NCBI RefSeq assembly: GCF_006345805.1
Contig: NW_021832979.1
Location: 111-64,110 of the forward strand
Source: Octopus sinensis
Lineage: Eukaryota
Length of the DNA stretch: 64,000 nucleotides
Direction: 5' to 3'
This document shows, in pieces, positions 39,989 to 53,144 of the stretch. The notes under the pieces are model-generated. The model did not search any database. It was not told the origin of the DNA and was given only the letters and a program-made list of their open reading frames with translations. A program made the position numbers and the translations under genes. Position 1 is the stretch's first letter, and the number at the start of each line of letters is the position of its first letter.

Positions 39989-40571
39989 TGTGTGTTGTGT
40001 GTATGTGTCTTTATGTTCGTACTAAGGATGATTGGACGTGTGTGTAGTTGTATAAATACAGCTTCACGCATGATTACGTTTCCAAATAAATACACTGAAA
40101 CAGACACCGATACTTACACGCAGACACACAGACAGACAGACAGGCCGGTACACATACGTGTGTGCATATATACATACATACATAGACACACACACGCGCA
40201 CACACACACATATATATATAAGCATATATATATATATATGTATATATGTATATATGTATGCATGTAGATATTAATAAATATATATATGTATATTTATCGA
40301 CATATAGGTATATGAGCTTGTGTATGTATAGGTGTCTGTGCGTGTGTGTGTGTGTGTATGTATTGCTACTATAAAATTTGCCCGTGTATCTTTATGAAAT
40401 CACGAAGGATACATATACACACCATATACAAACACAATAAAACACAGGCACACACACACACACAAGCATACTTCTATTCACATACATTGATTCCTATAAA
40501 CTTATTCGTGTATTGTGTATGTGTCGTATCTCTATCAATACCTATATCTATATATATAAATACATACATAT

Positions 40572-40606
<35 letters not shown>

Positions 40607-40748
40607 CTATATATATATAATATAATACATATATATTATAATATATATACACTATATATATATATACATATATATACATACATAGAAAAATGACACTAGT
40701 ATACATCACACACACTCCTTGAATTTATATACATACATTCTTAATATA

Positions 40749-40787
<39 letters not shown>

Positions 40788-40812
40788 ATGTGTGTGTGTG
40801 TGTGTATGTATA

Positions 40813-40856
<44 letters not shown>

Positions 40857-41741
40857 GAGAGAGAGATCGAGAGAGAGAGAGAGAAAGAGAGAGAGTGTCC
40901 CGATATTTTTTTATATATGTGTACAGATGTACACTTGCAAAAAATGTTTGACCGTTAAATATATCTACACACGCTGATAAGCACACAAACGCATACACAT
41001 AGATACAAATACAACACAGTAATAACCACGCACACACTATACTCACAACCTACACGCATATATCTATAATATAATGCGAAGACAAAAAATTACGAACAAC
41101 ATCATAAGAAGAAGAAAAGTAAAACATATATATATATATATATATAGATATATATATATATATATATTATATATATAGATATATATATATCAAAGAAATA
41201 TATATATAACAATAAATTATAGAACACCTATACTTGAAGAAACGATGGCGGAAAGCGAAACAAAAGACTCAATAATTATTCAAACAATATGTTTAGGAAA
41301 TATTGATTCTGTTTTTCCACATAAAAACAATGTAAGGGGATAAAATAGACCTTACGCAGAGTTATTGCTTTGTTATTAAATACGTAGTTTACTGGCGTTT
41401 AAAGATGTAACTACCGAAATGGTTCACTACAAAATACTTACCGCGGCAGCCATTTTGTTTTGTTATTGTTTGGGTAGCTTGTGTGCTTCGGATTTTATTT
41501 TGTATTTGTGTTATGTTTTTTTTGTATGTATTTTTCTGTTTGTTATATTTTCTGGGTTTTTTTCTTCTGGTTTTACATTTTTTATTTTGTTTTTATTTTT
41601 TATTTGTATCGTTTTTGTATTTGTCGCTTATTATTATCATTATTGTCATTCTTTTCTTCCTGAAATGACAGAAGCCAGTTTAAAAACCTGATCCTTTGAA
41701 GAAGGCTTATGTATATGTTTGCGTATGTGAAACGTGTATAT

Positions 41742-41795
<54 letters not shown>

Positions 41796-41822
41796 ATGTA
41801 TTATATGTATGTATGTTACTAT

Positions 41823-41854
<32 letters not shown>

Positions 41855-41872
41855 TACATACACACACACTCG

Positions 41873-41931
<59 letters not shown>

Positions 41932-42174
41932 TATAAGTATGTATATATATAAATACATACATATATATATATATATATATATTATATAAAAGGGCTTAGT
42001 AAAATAATTACTTTGCCGCATACTGAACTCATTAGAAATAGCAGCTAAAAAACTTTTTTAAGCTATTTCTAATACTTAAAGAAAATCTCTCTCATATATA
42101 GTGTTTGCTTAATTCACTCACAAAAGTTTGGGGGTAAGGACATCAAAAATAAAAAATCAAATGCTAAGGTTATT

Positions 42175-42226
42175 TGAGAACGTACGTTTCAAGATTAGTC
42201 AAAAACACACTTCTATCATCAGCTCA
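42175..42226 (-). ncRNA. Type I hammerhead ribozyme
   Basis: Minus strand TGAG-CTGATGA-T-AGA-AGT..ACT-AA-TCT-T-GAAAC-GTAC-GTT^CTCA. Confidence 0.72.
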
Positions 42227-42709
42227 GAAATTCCTTGGTTTTGATTTGGAAACACTGAAAATAAGAACATACCCTTACGAAGATCGCTCATAACTAACAG
42301 TGTCAACAAATTCAAATAAGCAAGCGAAGAATCTCTGTTCTCCCCTTTCCACAGCGTGGGTTAAAATCATCAAACACTATCTTATTTCGGTAAAATCCGA
42401 AGCATTAATCAGAGGGAGATTAATTATAATTTCAACAATTGAGGGCAAATTAATTAATTATTAATCAATTTCACCAAGTGGTTCAGTATGCAAGGGACCA
42501 TTCAGGCGAATTCAATTTTACATTATATAAAAGGGCTTAGTAAAATAAATTACTTGCCGCATACTGAACTCATTAGAAATAGCAGCTAAAAAACTTTTTT
42601 AAAACTATTTCTAATACTTAAAGAAAATCTCTCTCATATATAGTTTTGCTTAATTCAACTCACAAAAGTTTGGGGGTAAGGACATCGAAAAATCAATGCT
42701 AAGGTTATT

Positions 42710-42762
42710 TGAGAACGTACGTTTCAAGATTAGTCAAAAACAACACTTCTATCATCAGCTCA
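42710..42762 (-). ncRNA. Type I hammerhead ribozyme
   Basis: Second tandem copy of the same motif. Predicted cleavage sites are 535 nt apart. Confidence 0.72.
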
Positions 42763-42848
42763 GAAATTCCTTGGTTTGGATTTGGAAACACTGAAAATAA
42801 GAACATACCCTTATTTTCAGTGTTTCCAAATCCAAACCAAGGAATTTC

Positions 42849-42900
42849 TGAGCTGATGATAGAAGTGTTGTTTTGACTAATCTTGAAACGTACGTTCTCA
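42849..42900 (+). ncRNA. Type I hammerhead ribozyme (in the inverted arm)
   Basis: TGAG CTGATGA TAGAAGTGTTGTTTTGACTAATCTT GAAAC GTAC GTT CTCA, read directly on the + strand. Confidence 0.72.
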
Positions 42901-43309
42901 AATAACCTTAGCATTTGAATTTTTTCGATGTCCTTACCCCCAAACTTTTGTGAGTTGATTAAGCAAACACTATATATGAGAGAGATTTTCTTTAAGTATT
43001 AGAAATAGCTTTAAAAAAGTTTTTTAGCTGCTATTTCTAATGAGTTCAGTATGCGGCAAGTAATTTATTTTTCCTAAGCCCTTTTATATAATGTAATAAT
43101 TTGAATTCGCCTTGAATGGTCCCTTTGCATACTGAACACTTGGTGAAATTGATTAATAATTAATTAATTTTTGCCCTCAATTGTTGAAATTTATATATAG
43201 TTATATATATATATATATATCCTATTCTTCATAGATACATGTATATATAAAACGAGAGAAAGAGAGGTGAGACATGCCTAAGCATATATGTATATTCAAA
43301 AATGACATG

Positions 43310-43344
<35 letters not shown>

Positions 43345-43348
<4 letters not shown>

Positions 43349-44887
43349 AATCCAAACGGGAAACAAAAAAACAACAACAATGGAACAATTACAGTATTAT
43401 TATTAATAGGCGCTCAGGAAAAGGAAGCAGGGAGGTATGACGTTTCGAGCGGAGCTCTTCGTCGGAAACATAAAGAAGGAAGAGAGAGGAAAGAAAGATC
43501 CCAGAGCGGGCAACAGGGAAAGAGAAAAAACGACTTGTGGTTACGAGTTGCACATGTGTAAAGGCGGATGTTTACGAAAACAGAGCAAAGTGGGTTTTTA
43601 AAGGCAAAAGAGTGGAGACAAGGTTGGTAACGCAACCGATGTGGTGTGTGGTGTGAGTGTGTGCGTGTGCGTGTGGTGTATGTGTGTTGTGAGGCGAGAT
43701 GAAAAAACAAAAATATAATGTGTTGTTTAGTGTGTGCGTCTGTGTGTAGGTGTGTGAGGTAGGGCGAGATAGTGGTCAGCTTAGCAGACAAAGGTCAGTA
43801 GTAAGAAAAAGAAGGAAGGAGGAAGGGAGGGAGGGAAGGGGGGTGGGGGCGTATGTAGCGTGCCAGCGTTTTTGAAGTAGTAGTGTGTGTGTGTGTCCAG
43901 TGTCGTGGTGGTATAAATGGCGAGTAGATTAATGGTGTGTAAGAGTAATCATATATTTAAGCAATGTTGTATATGTGTGCGCGTGTGTGTAACGAAAAAG
44001 GGGGGGTTAAGGAAAAAGGACTCCAGCTGAGGGGAAGATGGAAGAGTGGTCCCGCGGAGGCGGGCGTGGAAAACCCAACGACACGCGACGGTCCCAGGAA
44101 CGGGCGGGAGGTCTTGTCGGTTCCAAGAGCGAGGTGCCTGCGGAGCGTATGCGTACGCGAACCGGCGCAAGCGCGTGCGTGCGCGAGCCTGCGAGTATGT
44201 GCGTAAGTATGTATGTGTGTGGATGTGTGAGTGTGTCTCTGTGTATGTCCGGGTGGCAGTGTGTCCGATGAATGTATGTGAGTATGTGTGTATGTATGTG
44301 TGTGCATAGATGTATGTCCGTGTGTGTGTGTGTGTATGTGTGTGAGTGTGTATGTATGTACGTGTGGGTGTGGGGAAGTGTGTGTATGTGCATGTGTGTG
44401 CGCGTACATACAGGTGTGTGAGTGAGTGTGTGTGTGTATGTATGTGTGAGTGTGTATGTATGTGTGTGTAGGATGCATGTATGTGTATGGGTGTATGTAT
44501 GCGTGTGTGTATGTATGTATGTGTACGTGCGTGTGTGTGTGTGGCTGTGTAGGTGTGTGTGTGTATGAATGTAAGTGTGTGTGTATACAAGTGTAATGTA
44601 TGTATGTAGGTGTGTGTGTGTGTGTATGTGTACGTGTGCGTGTGTATGTGTGTGTGTGTATGTATGTGTGTGGATGTGTGAGTGTGTCTCTGTGTATGTC
44701 CGGGTGGCAGTGTGTCCGATGAATGTATGTGAGTATGTGTGTATGTATGTATGTGGGTAGGGATGCATGCGAGTGTGTGGGTATGTATGCATACATACGC
44801 ACGCGCACATCCGAAGCAAGCCCACACACACGAAGCGCGCCCACGCACACAACGCACAAGCAGTACCACGCAAGCCCAAGGGGCCGA

Positions 44888-44890
<3 letters not shown>
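43345..44890 (-). mobile_element. ~1.5-kb non-coding PLE-derived element between (TA)n runs, with minimal HHR, CpG-rich core and internal (TG)n expansion
   Basis: The terminal ~200 bp resembles 6318-6520. CpG-rich segment at 44050-44190 and a ~90-bp direct repeat at ~44210-44298 / ~44660-44750. Confidence 0.55.
43436..43472 (-). ncRNA. Minimal type I hammerhead ribozyme (U4C variant)
   Basis: Minus strand TATGTTT-CCGACGA-A-GAGC-TCC-GCTC-GAAAC-GTC-ATA. Confidence 0.5.
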
Positions 44891-44941
<51 letters not shown>

Positions 44942-46145
44942 TGTATATATTATATATGAAGTAAGTACATTTTATTATATATATTATCTATTTATTATGT
45001 TCATACAACATATAAGTTAAATTTTATATGTAGTGTATATATTATATTATATTATATTATATTATATTATATTATATTATATATATTATAAATATATGTA
45101 CCTATTTTTATTACCTTTCTCGGGTTTCACGCATTAGACTACAGCCATGCGGCCACTCAGCCTTCAAGAGTTTTAGCCGAATGAATCCGTGACTGAAATG
45201 TGTTAAAGAATAAAAGAATAAAAGAATAAATGAATATAATTAAAATTTTAGTGAGGTAGAATATGATTATAAATGTTGACATTGTGTTAAATATATAAGC
45301 TATATAATTCAGTGTAGAGCTATCAACTCAATGCAAGGACACATCTTTGCTGTTGTATCCTGTGTTGCCTGGCATTTCCCGTCTTACAACATAGTCCTTC
45401 ATCTAAAAAATCTCGACGGAGGAAAGCCAAAGGTACCTCAATACCTACAGACACCACAGATTACCTCTTTTGAAGCCTGAGCAATCTAACCATTTTTCCT
45501 GCGGCCTCTATGCTATTCTCGATGATTCAGTAACGTACCTAGGGCAGGAGGGGCGAGAAGAACCCTCTGTCCCCCGCGATGATTTTACGGCGTGAATTAC
45601 TGTGACTTTTAGGAATAGGATGCCCGGAAAGGTACATTTTAACTACACATTCTCACTGTAGTAGAAGACACATGCCCAAGGTGCCATGCAGTGAAACTGA
45701 ATCCGAACCGTGTGGTTGGGAAGCAATCATCTTACCACACAGCTACCTCTTCGCTTTATACAAACACATATTTTATAACACGTCTTCTGAGACTTAATGA
45801 GGAAGTGGCTTATACAAGTAGTGAGCGGTAATATGGTATGCTATATTAAGCGTAGGAGTTACAAGTATAGTACGGCATAAAATGCAGTTGTGTGTGGCAC
45901 GTAATTTAGCTACAATACTGCGATGACTCTTATTGCCATTCGTATCATTATTTTTCTTGTCCAGGGGGGAACAAAGATTTTAACCTGAGGGAGACTTGCG
46001 AAACTTTGACAAACTCCACTTGAAAGACGATATGCAGACATACGTACATACTTACATACTCTTTTACTCTTTTATTTTTTTCACTCATTTGACTGCGGCC
46101 ATGATGGAATCCTCGTCGTCGTAACCGACGGAATGCCACGGTGTG

Positions 46146-46176
<31 letters not shown>

Positions 46177-46806
46177 CTAGGATGTAAGGCAAAGTCGACC
46201 TCGGCGGAATTTGAACTCAGAATGTAGCGGCAGACGAAATACTGCTAAGCATTTCGCCCGGCGTGCTAACGTTTCTGCCAGCTCACCGCCCTCAGTACGA
46301 CATAAACTACAATGAAAATAGGTTTACACATGAATAAGTTTGAATTATTTAAGCAAAATACTCGTTGATAAATAAACATTGATTTTACTGCTGTTATATG
46401 TTTTCGGAAAGAAAACTTTTAGATAATATGTACGTCATCGAATTTGTGCTTTGAGTTGTGTTAGAAGAATAGCGTGATAGTTGACGTAAGAACGCCATAG
46501 TTGAAGGTAGAGGTGTCTTTGCGAAATGCGGAGGAAGAATGAGAATGGAATTTGGATTTACAGATTGATAGTTGTGCTATTAAGATAACCAAATTTTAAT
46601 ATTATTGTGTGTTTAGGGAAATTGGTTTCGAATTAAGAGTAATTATGTTGCTACGTTAACGGTTAATTTTATATATTTATTTATATATGTTAATTTCTGA
46701 AAGTACGAGATTATTGGAGGTTAAATATTTTTATAATGGCGTACTGTGTTGTAAAGAAGTTGATTAGAAATCAGTGTATGTGTACTTTACGTGTAAAGTG
46801 AATTTA

Positions 46807-46875
<69 letters not shown>

Positions 46876-46926
46876 GTAATAATAACAATAATAATAATAA
46901 TAATAATGATAATAATAATGATAATA

Positions 46927-47087
46927 AAGAAAATTGCACTACTAGGTACTGCACACATCCTACGCAGAACACTTTCCATACAATAACCATCAGAGCATCA
47001 CATCAAATCACAGCACATACCCAAGGCACACTGAGCTGCGCTCGGTAGTGAAGTGAAAGCTCGCTATAAAAATAAAACTACTGAATG

Positions 47088-47138
<51 letters not shown>

Positions 47139-47363
47139 TAATAATAATAACAATAATAATAATAATAATAATAACAAAAACACCAGGACTTACAAATACA
47201 TATAACATACAGAAAATTGCAGTACTAGGCAGTGCACACATCTTACGCAGAACACTTTCCATACAATAACCATCAGAGCATCACAACAAATCACAGCACA
47301 TACCCAAGGCACACAGAGCTGCGCTCGGTAGTGAAGTGAAAGCACGCTATAAAAATAAAACTA

Positions 47364-47400
<37 letters not shown>

Positions 47401-47440
47401 TAATATAATAATAATAATAATAATAATAAATAATAATGAT

Positions 47441-47486
<46 letters not shown>

Positions 47487-47499
47487 TAACAACAATAAC

Positions 47500-47576
<77 letters not shown>

Positions 47577-47773
47577 AATAATAAAAACACCAGGACTTAC
47601 AAACACATACAACACACAGAAAATCGTACTACTGGGCACTGCACACATCCTACGCAAAACATTTTCAATACAGTAACCATAAGAGCATTACAACAAACCA
47701 CAACACATACCCAAGGCACACAGAGCTGCGCTCCGTAGTGAAGTGAAAGCACGATATATAAAAAAACACTGAA
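46927..47773 (+). mobile_element. Three tandem 3'-end fragments of an R4/Dong-like RLE non-LTR element within a (TAA)n array
   Basis: Copies at 46927-47085, 47176-47368 and 47583-47773 encode (KTPGLTNTYN)IQKIA(L/V)LG(T/S)AHILRRTLSIQ*-like C-termini plus a ~100-nt 3' UTR, each followed by (TAA)n. Confidence 0.75.
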
Positions 47774-47811
47774 TAATAATGATAATAATAATAATGATAA
47801 TAATAATAATG

Positions 47812-47867
<56 letters not shown>

Positions 47868-47889
47868 TAATAATAATGATAATAATTAT

Positions 47890-48265
47890 AGTGATTTCAA
47901 ATTTCGGCACAAGGGCAGCAGTTTTGCAGGGAGGAGATGAGTTGATTATATCGACCCCAGTGTACAACTGGTACTTATTTTATCGACCCCGAAAGGATGA
48001 AAGGTAAAGTCGACCTCGGTGGAATTTGAACTCAGAATATAGCGACCGGCGAAATACCTATTTCTTTACTGCCTACGTGGGGATACATACAGAGGGGACA
48101 TACAATGACAGACAAAGGGATTAAGTCGATTATATCGACCCCAGTGCGTAACTGGTACTTAATTTATCGACCCCGAAAGGATGAAAGGCAAAGTCGACCT
48201 CGGCTGTATTTGAACTCAGAACGTAGCGGCAGACGAAATACCGCTACGCATTTCGCCCGATGTTA
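47890..48265 (-). mobile_element. SINE family A, dimeric form
   Basis: Two GGATGAAAGG(T/C)AAAGTCGACCTCGG..TTTGAACTCAGAA modules ~180 bp apart. Confidence 0.8.
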
Positions 48266-48339
48266 GTTTATTTACCTCCCTGTAACTTAACAGTTCGACA
48301 AAAAATTCTACAGCATTAGTACTAAGCTTTAAAATAGTA

Positions 48340-48538
48340 TTAGAATCGTTAGCACCATGGATGAAATGCTTAGCGGCATTTCGTCCGTCTTTACGTTCTG
48401 ATTTCAAATTCCACCGAGTTTGACTTAACCTATCATGCTTTCGGGGTCGAGAAATTAAGCACCAGTGAAAAATTGGGGTCGACGTAATCGACTAATCCCC
48501 TCGCCAAAGCTTTCAGGTCATGTGCCTTCAGTAGAAAA

Positions 48539-48599
<61 letters not shown>

Positions 48600-48606
48600 G
48601 CTGTTG

Positions 48607-48647
<41 letters not shown>

Positions 48648-48720
48648 GCTGTTGTTGTTATTATTATTATTATTATATTATTATTATTATTATTATTATT
48701 ATTTATTATTATTATTATTA
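48340..48720 (+). mobile_element. SINE family A monomer followed by a long (TAT)n tract
   Basis: AATGCTTAGCGGCATTTCGTCC..GGGGTCGACGTAATCGAC..CAGTAGAAAA followed by (TAT)n. Confidence 0.7.
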
Positions 48721-49539
48721 TTCTTTGATATCTTACTGTTAGCTTTGTTTCATTTTGAAAAATAAAAAAATAACATTTTGTGGTTTGTTACTGTTTATAC
48801 TGTGAATTACATATATATGTGGGGTCACCAACGTCTTTTAAGTGCTTAGGGCCTCTATGAATCTTAATACAGCAATGCAACGTGTCTGATATGTTTATTG
48901 TTGTTGTCTGTGCTAAATAAACGAAATTTTGAAATTTAAATGAGAAAATTAATAATTGTATTGTATTTTAATAATTACATCGCAAAACTTTTCGACATAT
49001 GTCTGTCTAGCCAGCCATTTCAAATACTTCAAGAAAACACTTGCATTTATGTGAACTTTTACCGTTCTTGGGAAATGACAATGCGACAACGCTATAGAAG
49101 TTTGACACACAGACCATTAATAGCAACACATCATAAATCTGACAGCATTTTCCAATGGAAAAATATGACAATAGCATACTAATTATGATCATAGCAATGC
49201 CAAATGAATATAATGTGCAGAAGCAAGTTGAAAAGCTATTGAATTACACTGGCCCAGCAGATGAATTAAAATGTTAATAATAATAATAATAACAACAACA
49301 GCAAAAATACAACAATAGTAATAATGCTGACAACAACAACATTAATAAAATGGTAAAGATATGAATCTATTATCACAAGTGTAAGCGGCACAACTTGAGT
49401 GATACATAATGATGTCTGTAAAGATGATTACATGTTATTAATAAATTTCAGATATTGTATTTGAAGCCGAAGGTGTGTGGATGATACTGTTGCCGAATTT
49501 CCTCACGACTGGTGGCGTTTGGAAGCAGCGTGACAATAT

Positions 49540-49700
49540 ATAACGTCTGAACCACTCCTATACATGTGTGTGGCTCATACACTCTTCTCCATACACTTTC
49601 TGCAACCTTGCGTCGGCCTCTATGCAGGTATCGCCATGACAACTCTCTTTGTCATGGTCAATGCAACGATCACACGCTACACACCTTCCTTCCAAGCACT
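49540..49700 (-). mobile_element. mariner transposase N-terminal remnant
   Basis: Minus frame EADARLQKVYGEECMSHTHV*EWFRRY resembles the mariner HTH region. Confidence 0.5.
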
Positions 49701-49872
49701 GCTGTAAACAGCGGAAGTGATCTAGTACGTTAAAACTTAGTGCACATGCACAGCATAGTTGAAGTTCAGTCTTTTCCTATCGACTTTACTCTGCATGCTT
49801 CAGCTTCGTTACTATGTCAACAGACCGGATACTTATTGATAAGACCTCGTATAATAGTTAAATTCTCAGTAT

Positions 49873-50035
49873 AGGCGCAGGAGTGGCTGTGTGGTAAGTA
49901 GCTTGCTAACCAACCACATAGTTCCGGGTTCAGTCACACTGCGTGGCATCTTGGGTAAAAGTCTTCTGCTATAGCCCCGGGCCGACCAATGCCTTGTGAG
50001 TGGATTTGGTAGACGGAAACTGAAAGAAGCCTGTC

Positions 50036-50099
<64 letters not shown>

Positions 50100-50320
50100 G
50101 TATGTGTGTGTATGTGTTTGTGGGTCTGTGTTGTCCCCCTAGCATTGCTTGACAACCGATGCTGGTGTGTTTACGTCCCCGTCACCTAGCGGTTCAGCAA
50201 AAGAGACCGATAGAATAAGTACTGGGCTTACAAAGAATAAGTCCCGGGGTCGATTTGATCGACTAAAGGCATGGCCACAGTGAAATGACTGAAACAAGTA
50301 AAAGAGTAAAGAGTAAAGAG
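49873..50320 (+). mobile_element. Full-length CORE-type tRNA-derived SINE (family B) with internal (TA)n
   Basis: Head AGGCGCAGGAGTGGCTGTGTGGTAAG..CCGGGTTCAGTC, CORE-like GGCATCTTGGGTAAAAGTCTT, tail (GAGTAAA)n. Confidence 0.85.
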
Positions 50321-51079
50321 AGAATATATATTTGGTATAGTTGAAAGGAAAAAAAACAGAGATGATGGCCACGGATGGAACGTCTTTGATCTAAAGATTA
50401 AGCAACCATAACAACAACATTGGAAACAATAACTCGAAGAGTATAATCGATGCAACTAGTGTGAACTGGTTGACAGATAAGTTTAAAGTGCAAGATAGTT
50501 ACATGTACGTATATTGTGTATATCTATGTATGAGTATATATATATGTGTATGTATGAGTCCGTATGTATTATAGTGTGTGTGTGTGTGTGTGAGCATATA
50601 GAACTATGTGTGAGTGTGTGTGTGCATATATAGAAATATGTGTGTGTAAGTTTGTGTGTTTGTGTGTGTGTACACACAAATATCGATGATTGTCAGATAC
50701 GGGTATGTGCGTATGTGTGTGCATGTGTGTGTATATGAGTGTTTGAGTCCGTGTGTGTGTGTGTGTGTGCGCACAGAATTATTGATGATTGTCAAATATT
50801 CCAGTCACTATCTCCTGGGGTTGTAATTTCTATTTCTATGTTTAAGCACGAATGGTGTTCCATAAATTGGCTAAATATTAATAATCATAAACACTCATGC
50901 ACACGCATATGCACACACACACACACACAGACACAAACATATACATAGACACACATACACACACAGAGGTATATATATGAAAATGTAAGAGAGAGAGAGA
51001 GAGAGACAGTGAGAGAGAGAGAGAGACCTACAACCAAATCTACTCAATTCCGCAGCAGCAGAGTGCGTATACCGTGAGG

Positions 51080-51360
<281 letters not shown>

Positions 51361-51900
51361 TTCTACGATAGGCAAAAGGCCTGAAATTTGGGGGAGAGGT
51401 ATAGTTCATAACACAATTTTGGGGATTTTGTAAATAAATATATTTAAACTTGTGATTTCGCCGCTGCCTGCTTATATGTGTGTGTTTGTTGTGTTTGTGT
51501 GTGTGAGTGTGTGCGCGCGCGTGTGTATGTGTGTGTGTGTGTGTGTGTACCAAAATACTACCAAGCTATTTGTCGGTCCGGGACTATATTCGATGAAACC
51601 TATTCAAAGTGTCACGCACTGGGATAGAACTAGAAGACCACATCGTTGCTATGCAAATTTCTTCGCTACACTACCATGGCCACACCTCTATGGCCCTTAC
51701 TTGCGCCGGAACGAGCACACACATATAGACAATGTATATATATATATTTAAGAGATGAGGAGATATGTACATTATTTACATTAGTTACATTATTTACATA
51801 TACCCTCCAGCCTTCATCAATTGCTTGGGGGAAATTTCGAACCACTACGCCATGTGCTCGAGGGCAATTATGGAGTGAGTTTAGATTTATAAGGCCTAAC

Positions 51901-51967
<67 letters not shown>

Positions 51968-52596
51968 CAACATCGAAAACATTTTCGAACTTTCCCCCAA
52001 AACACTCTATACGATCTATTTACTCTTTTGCTTTTCTCTTTCTCTCCCTTCTTATTCTTTTACCCCCTCTTGTTCCACTATTCTATCCTATTACTCTGTC
52101 ATTCTCTCTCTCTCACTCCTCCTCCCTTGCTCAAGTGACTCCCACGTGACCATCGGCCATCTTTCTTTCTTCTCCTAACTTGTATTTCTTTCTTTCTCTC
52201 TGTTGTAGCTGGAGCAAGGAAGAAGTGTTCTTGTCTGTCTCCTGTCAAAGCTCGATTTACGTGTTTGCCACCACAACCTCGCTTAGGCTTAGCAGCCATT
52301 GCTGCTTGCTTTTACTGTCCTGTTTGTGTTACCAATTTTGACCCTCCGCAAAATTCCAAATTTTATTTAATTTGCTTCACGGGAGCAACTGTTTTATCGA
52401 GAGCGAATAATGTTGTTAAATGCTCGAAATACGAGACTAGAAAACAGCCAACAACTGATGAAGGGTCGTTCTTTATGTTGTTTGTCTTCTTTTCCATTTG
52501 TGTCTTTCGTGGTTCGAAAAAATAGTTCATATTCCATGCACTCGTACTTAGTATTTTTTTTGTTGTACACGTTTCGTGACGTCCTGTGCCCACATA

Positions 52597-52643
<47 letters not shown>

Positions 52644-53144
52644 TGTACATATACGTAAGTATAAATACATGTATATATTATTACATTATAAGTATATATA
52701 TATATATATATAGGAAATGATGTGTGTATGTATGTATGTATATACACACACACGCAGACACATACATGTATGTGATATGTTTGGAATGATATATTCTTTT
52801 GTTTGTTAAAAATATCCATGATACTAGTTTCACGACGTGACTACAGAACACGTACAATAATGCAGTATGTATACATATATATATAATATTTTTTTCTTAT
52901 ATAATTTAGAGTATGTTCTTCTTTTTTTAGTTGCTTCCTCTGTCAACTACTGCCATATTTCAATATTATAACTTACTTTTTCTAGAATATCTTTTACCAG
53001 TTCTTCTTTATTATTTTTTATTATTTTTAATTATAATTCCTCAAATGTGATTGTTGTAACGTTACGTTTCATTACTTTTGAACTGCTCACATCTTACTTT
53101 GCGCATTCTCGAAGAATTATTGCTGTTGCTATCAGTTACTGCTT

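Larger units (their letters stand above)
41981..43192. mobile_element. Second locus of the retrozyme-like family: ~1.5 tandem monomers (~535-541 nt) plus a ~380-bp fold-back
   Basis: AAGGGCTTAG at 41990 and 42531. 42810-43192 is the reverse complement of ~42426-42801, around the 8-nt loop AACATACC (42802-42809). (TA)n on both sides. Confidence 0.85.

Noticed and set aside
45525-45590. hAT-like terminal sequences (CAGTAACGTACCTAGGG..; also ~48820-48875)
   Set aside because: Only single degenerate ends, with no partner TIR or TSD.
46927-47773. Repeat-spacer-like array as CRISPR
   Set aside because: The context is eukaryotic, the repeats are ~160-190 bp retroelement ends, the spacers are (TAA)n, and there are no cas genes.
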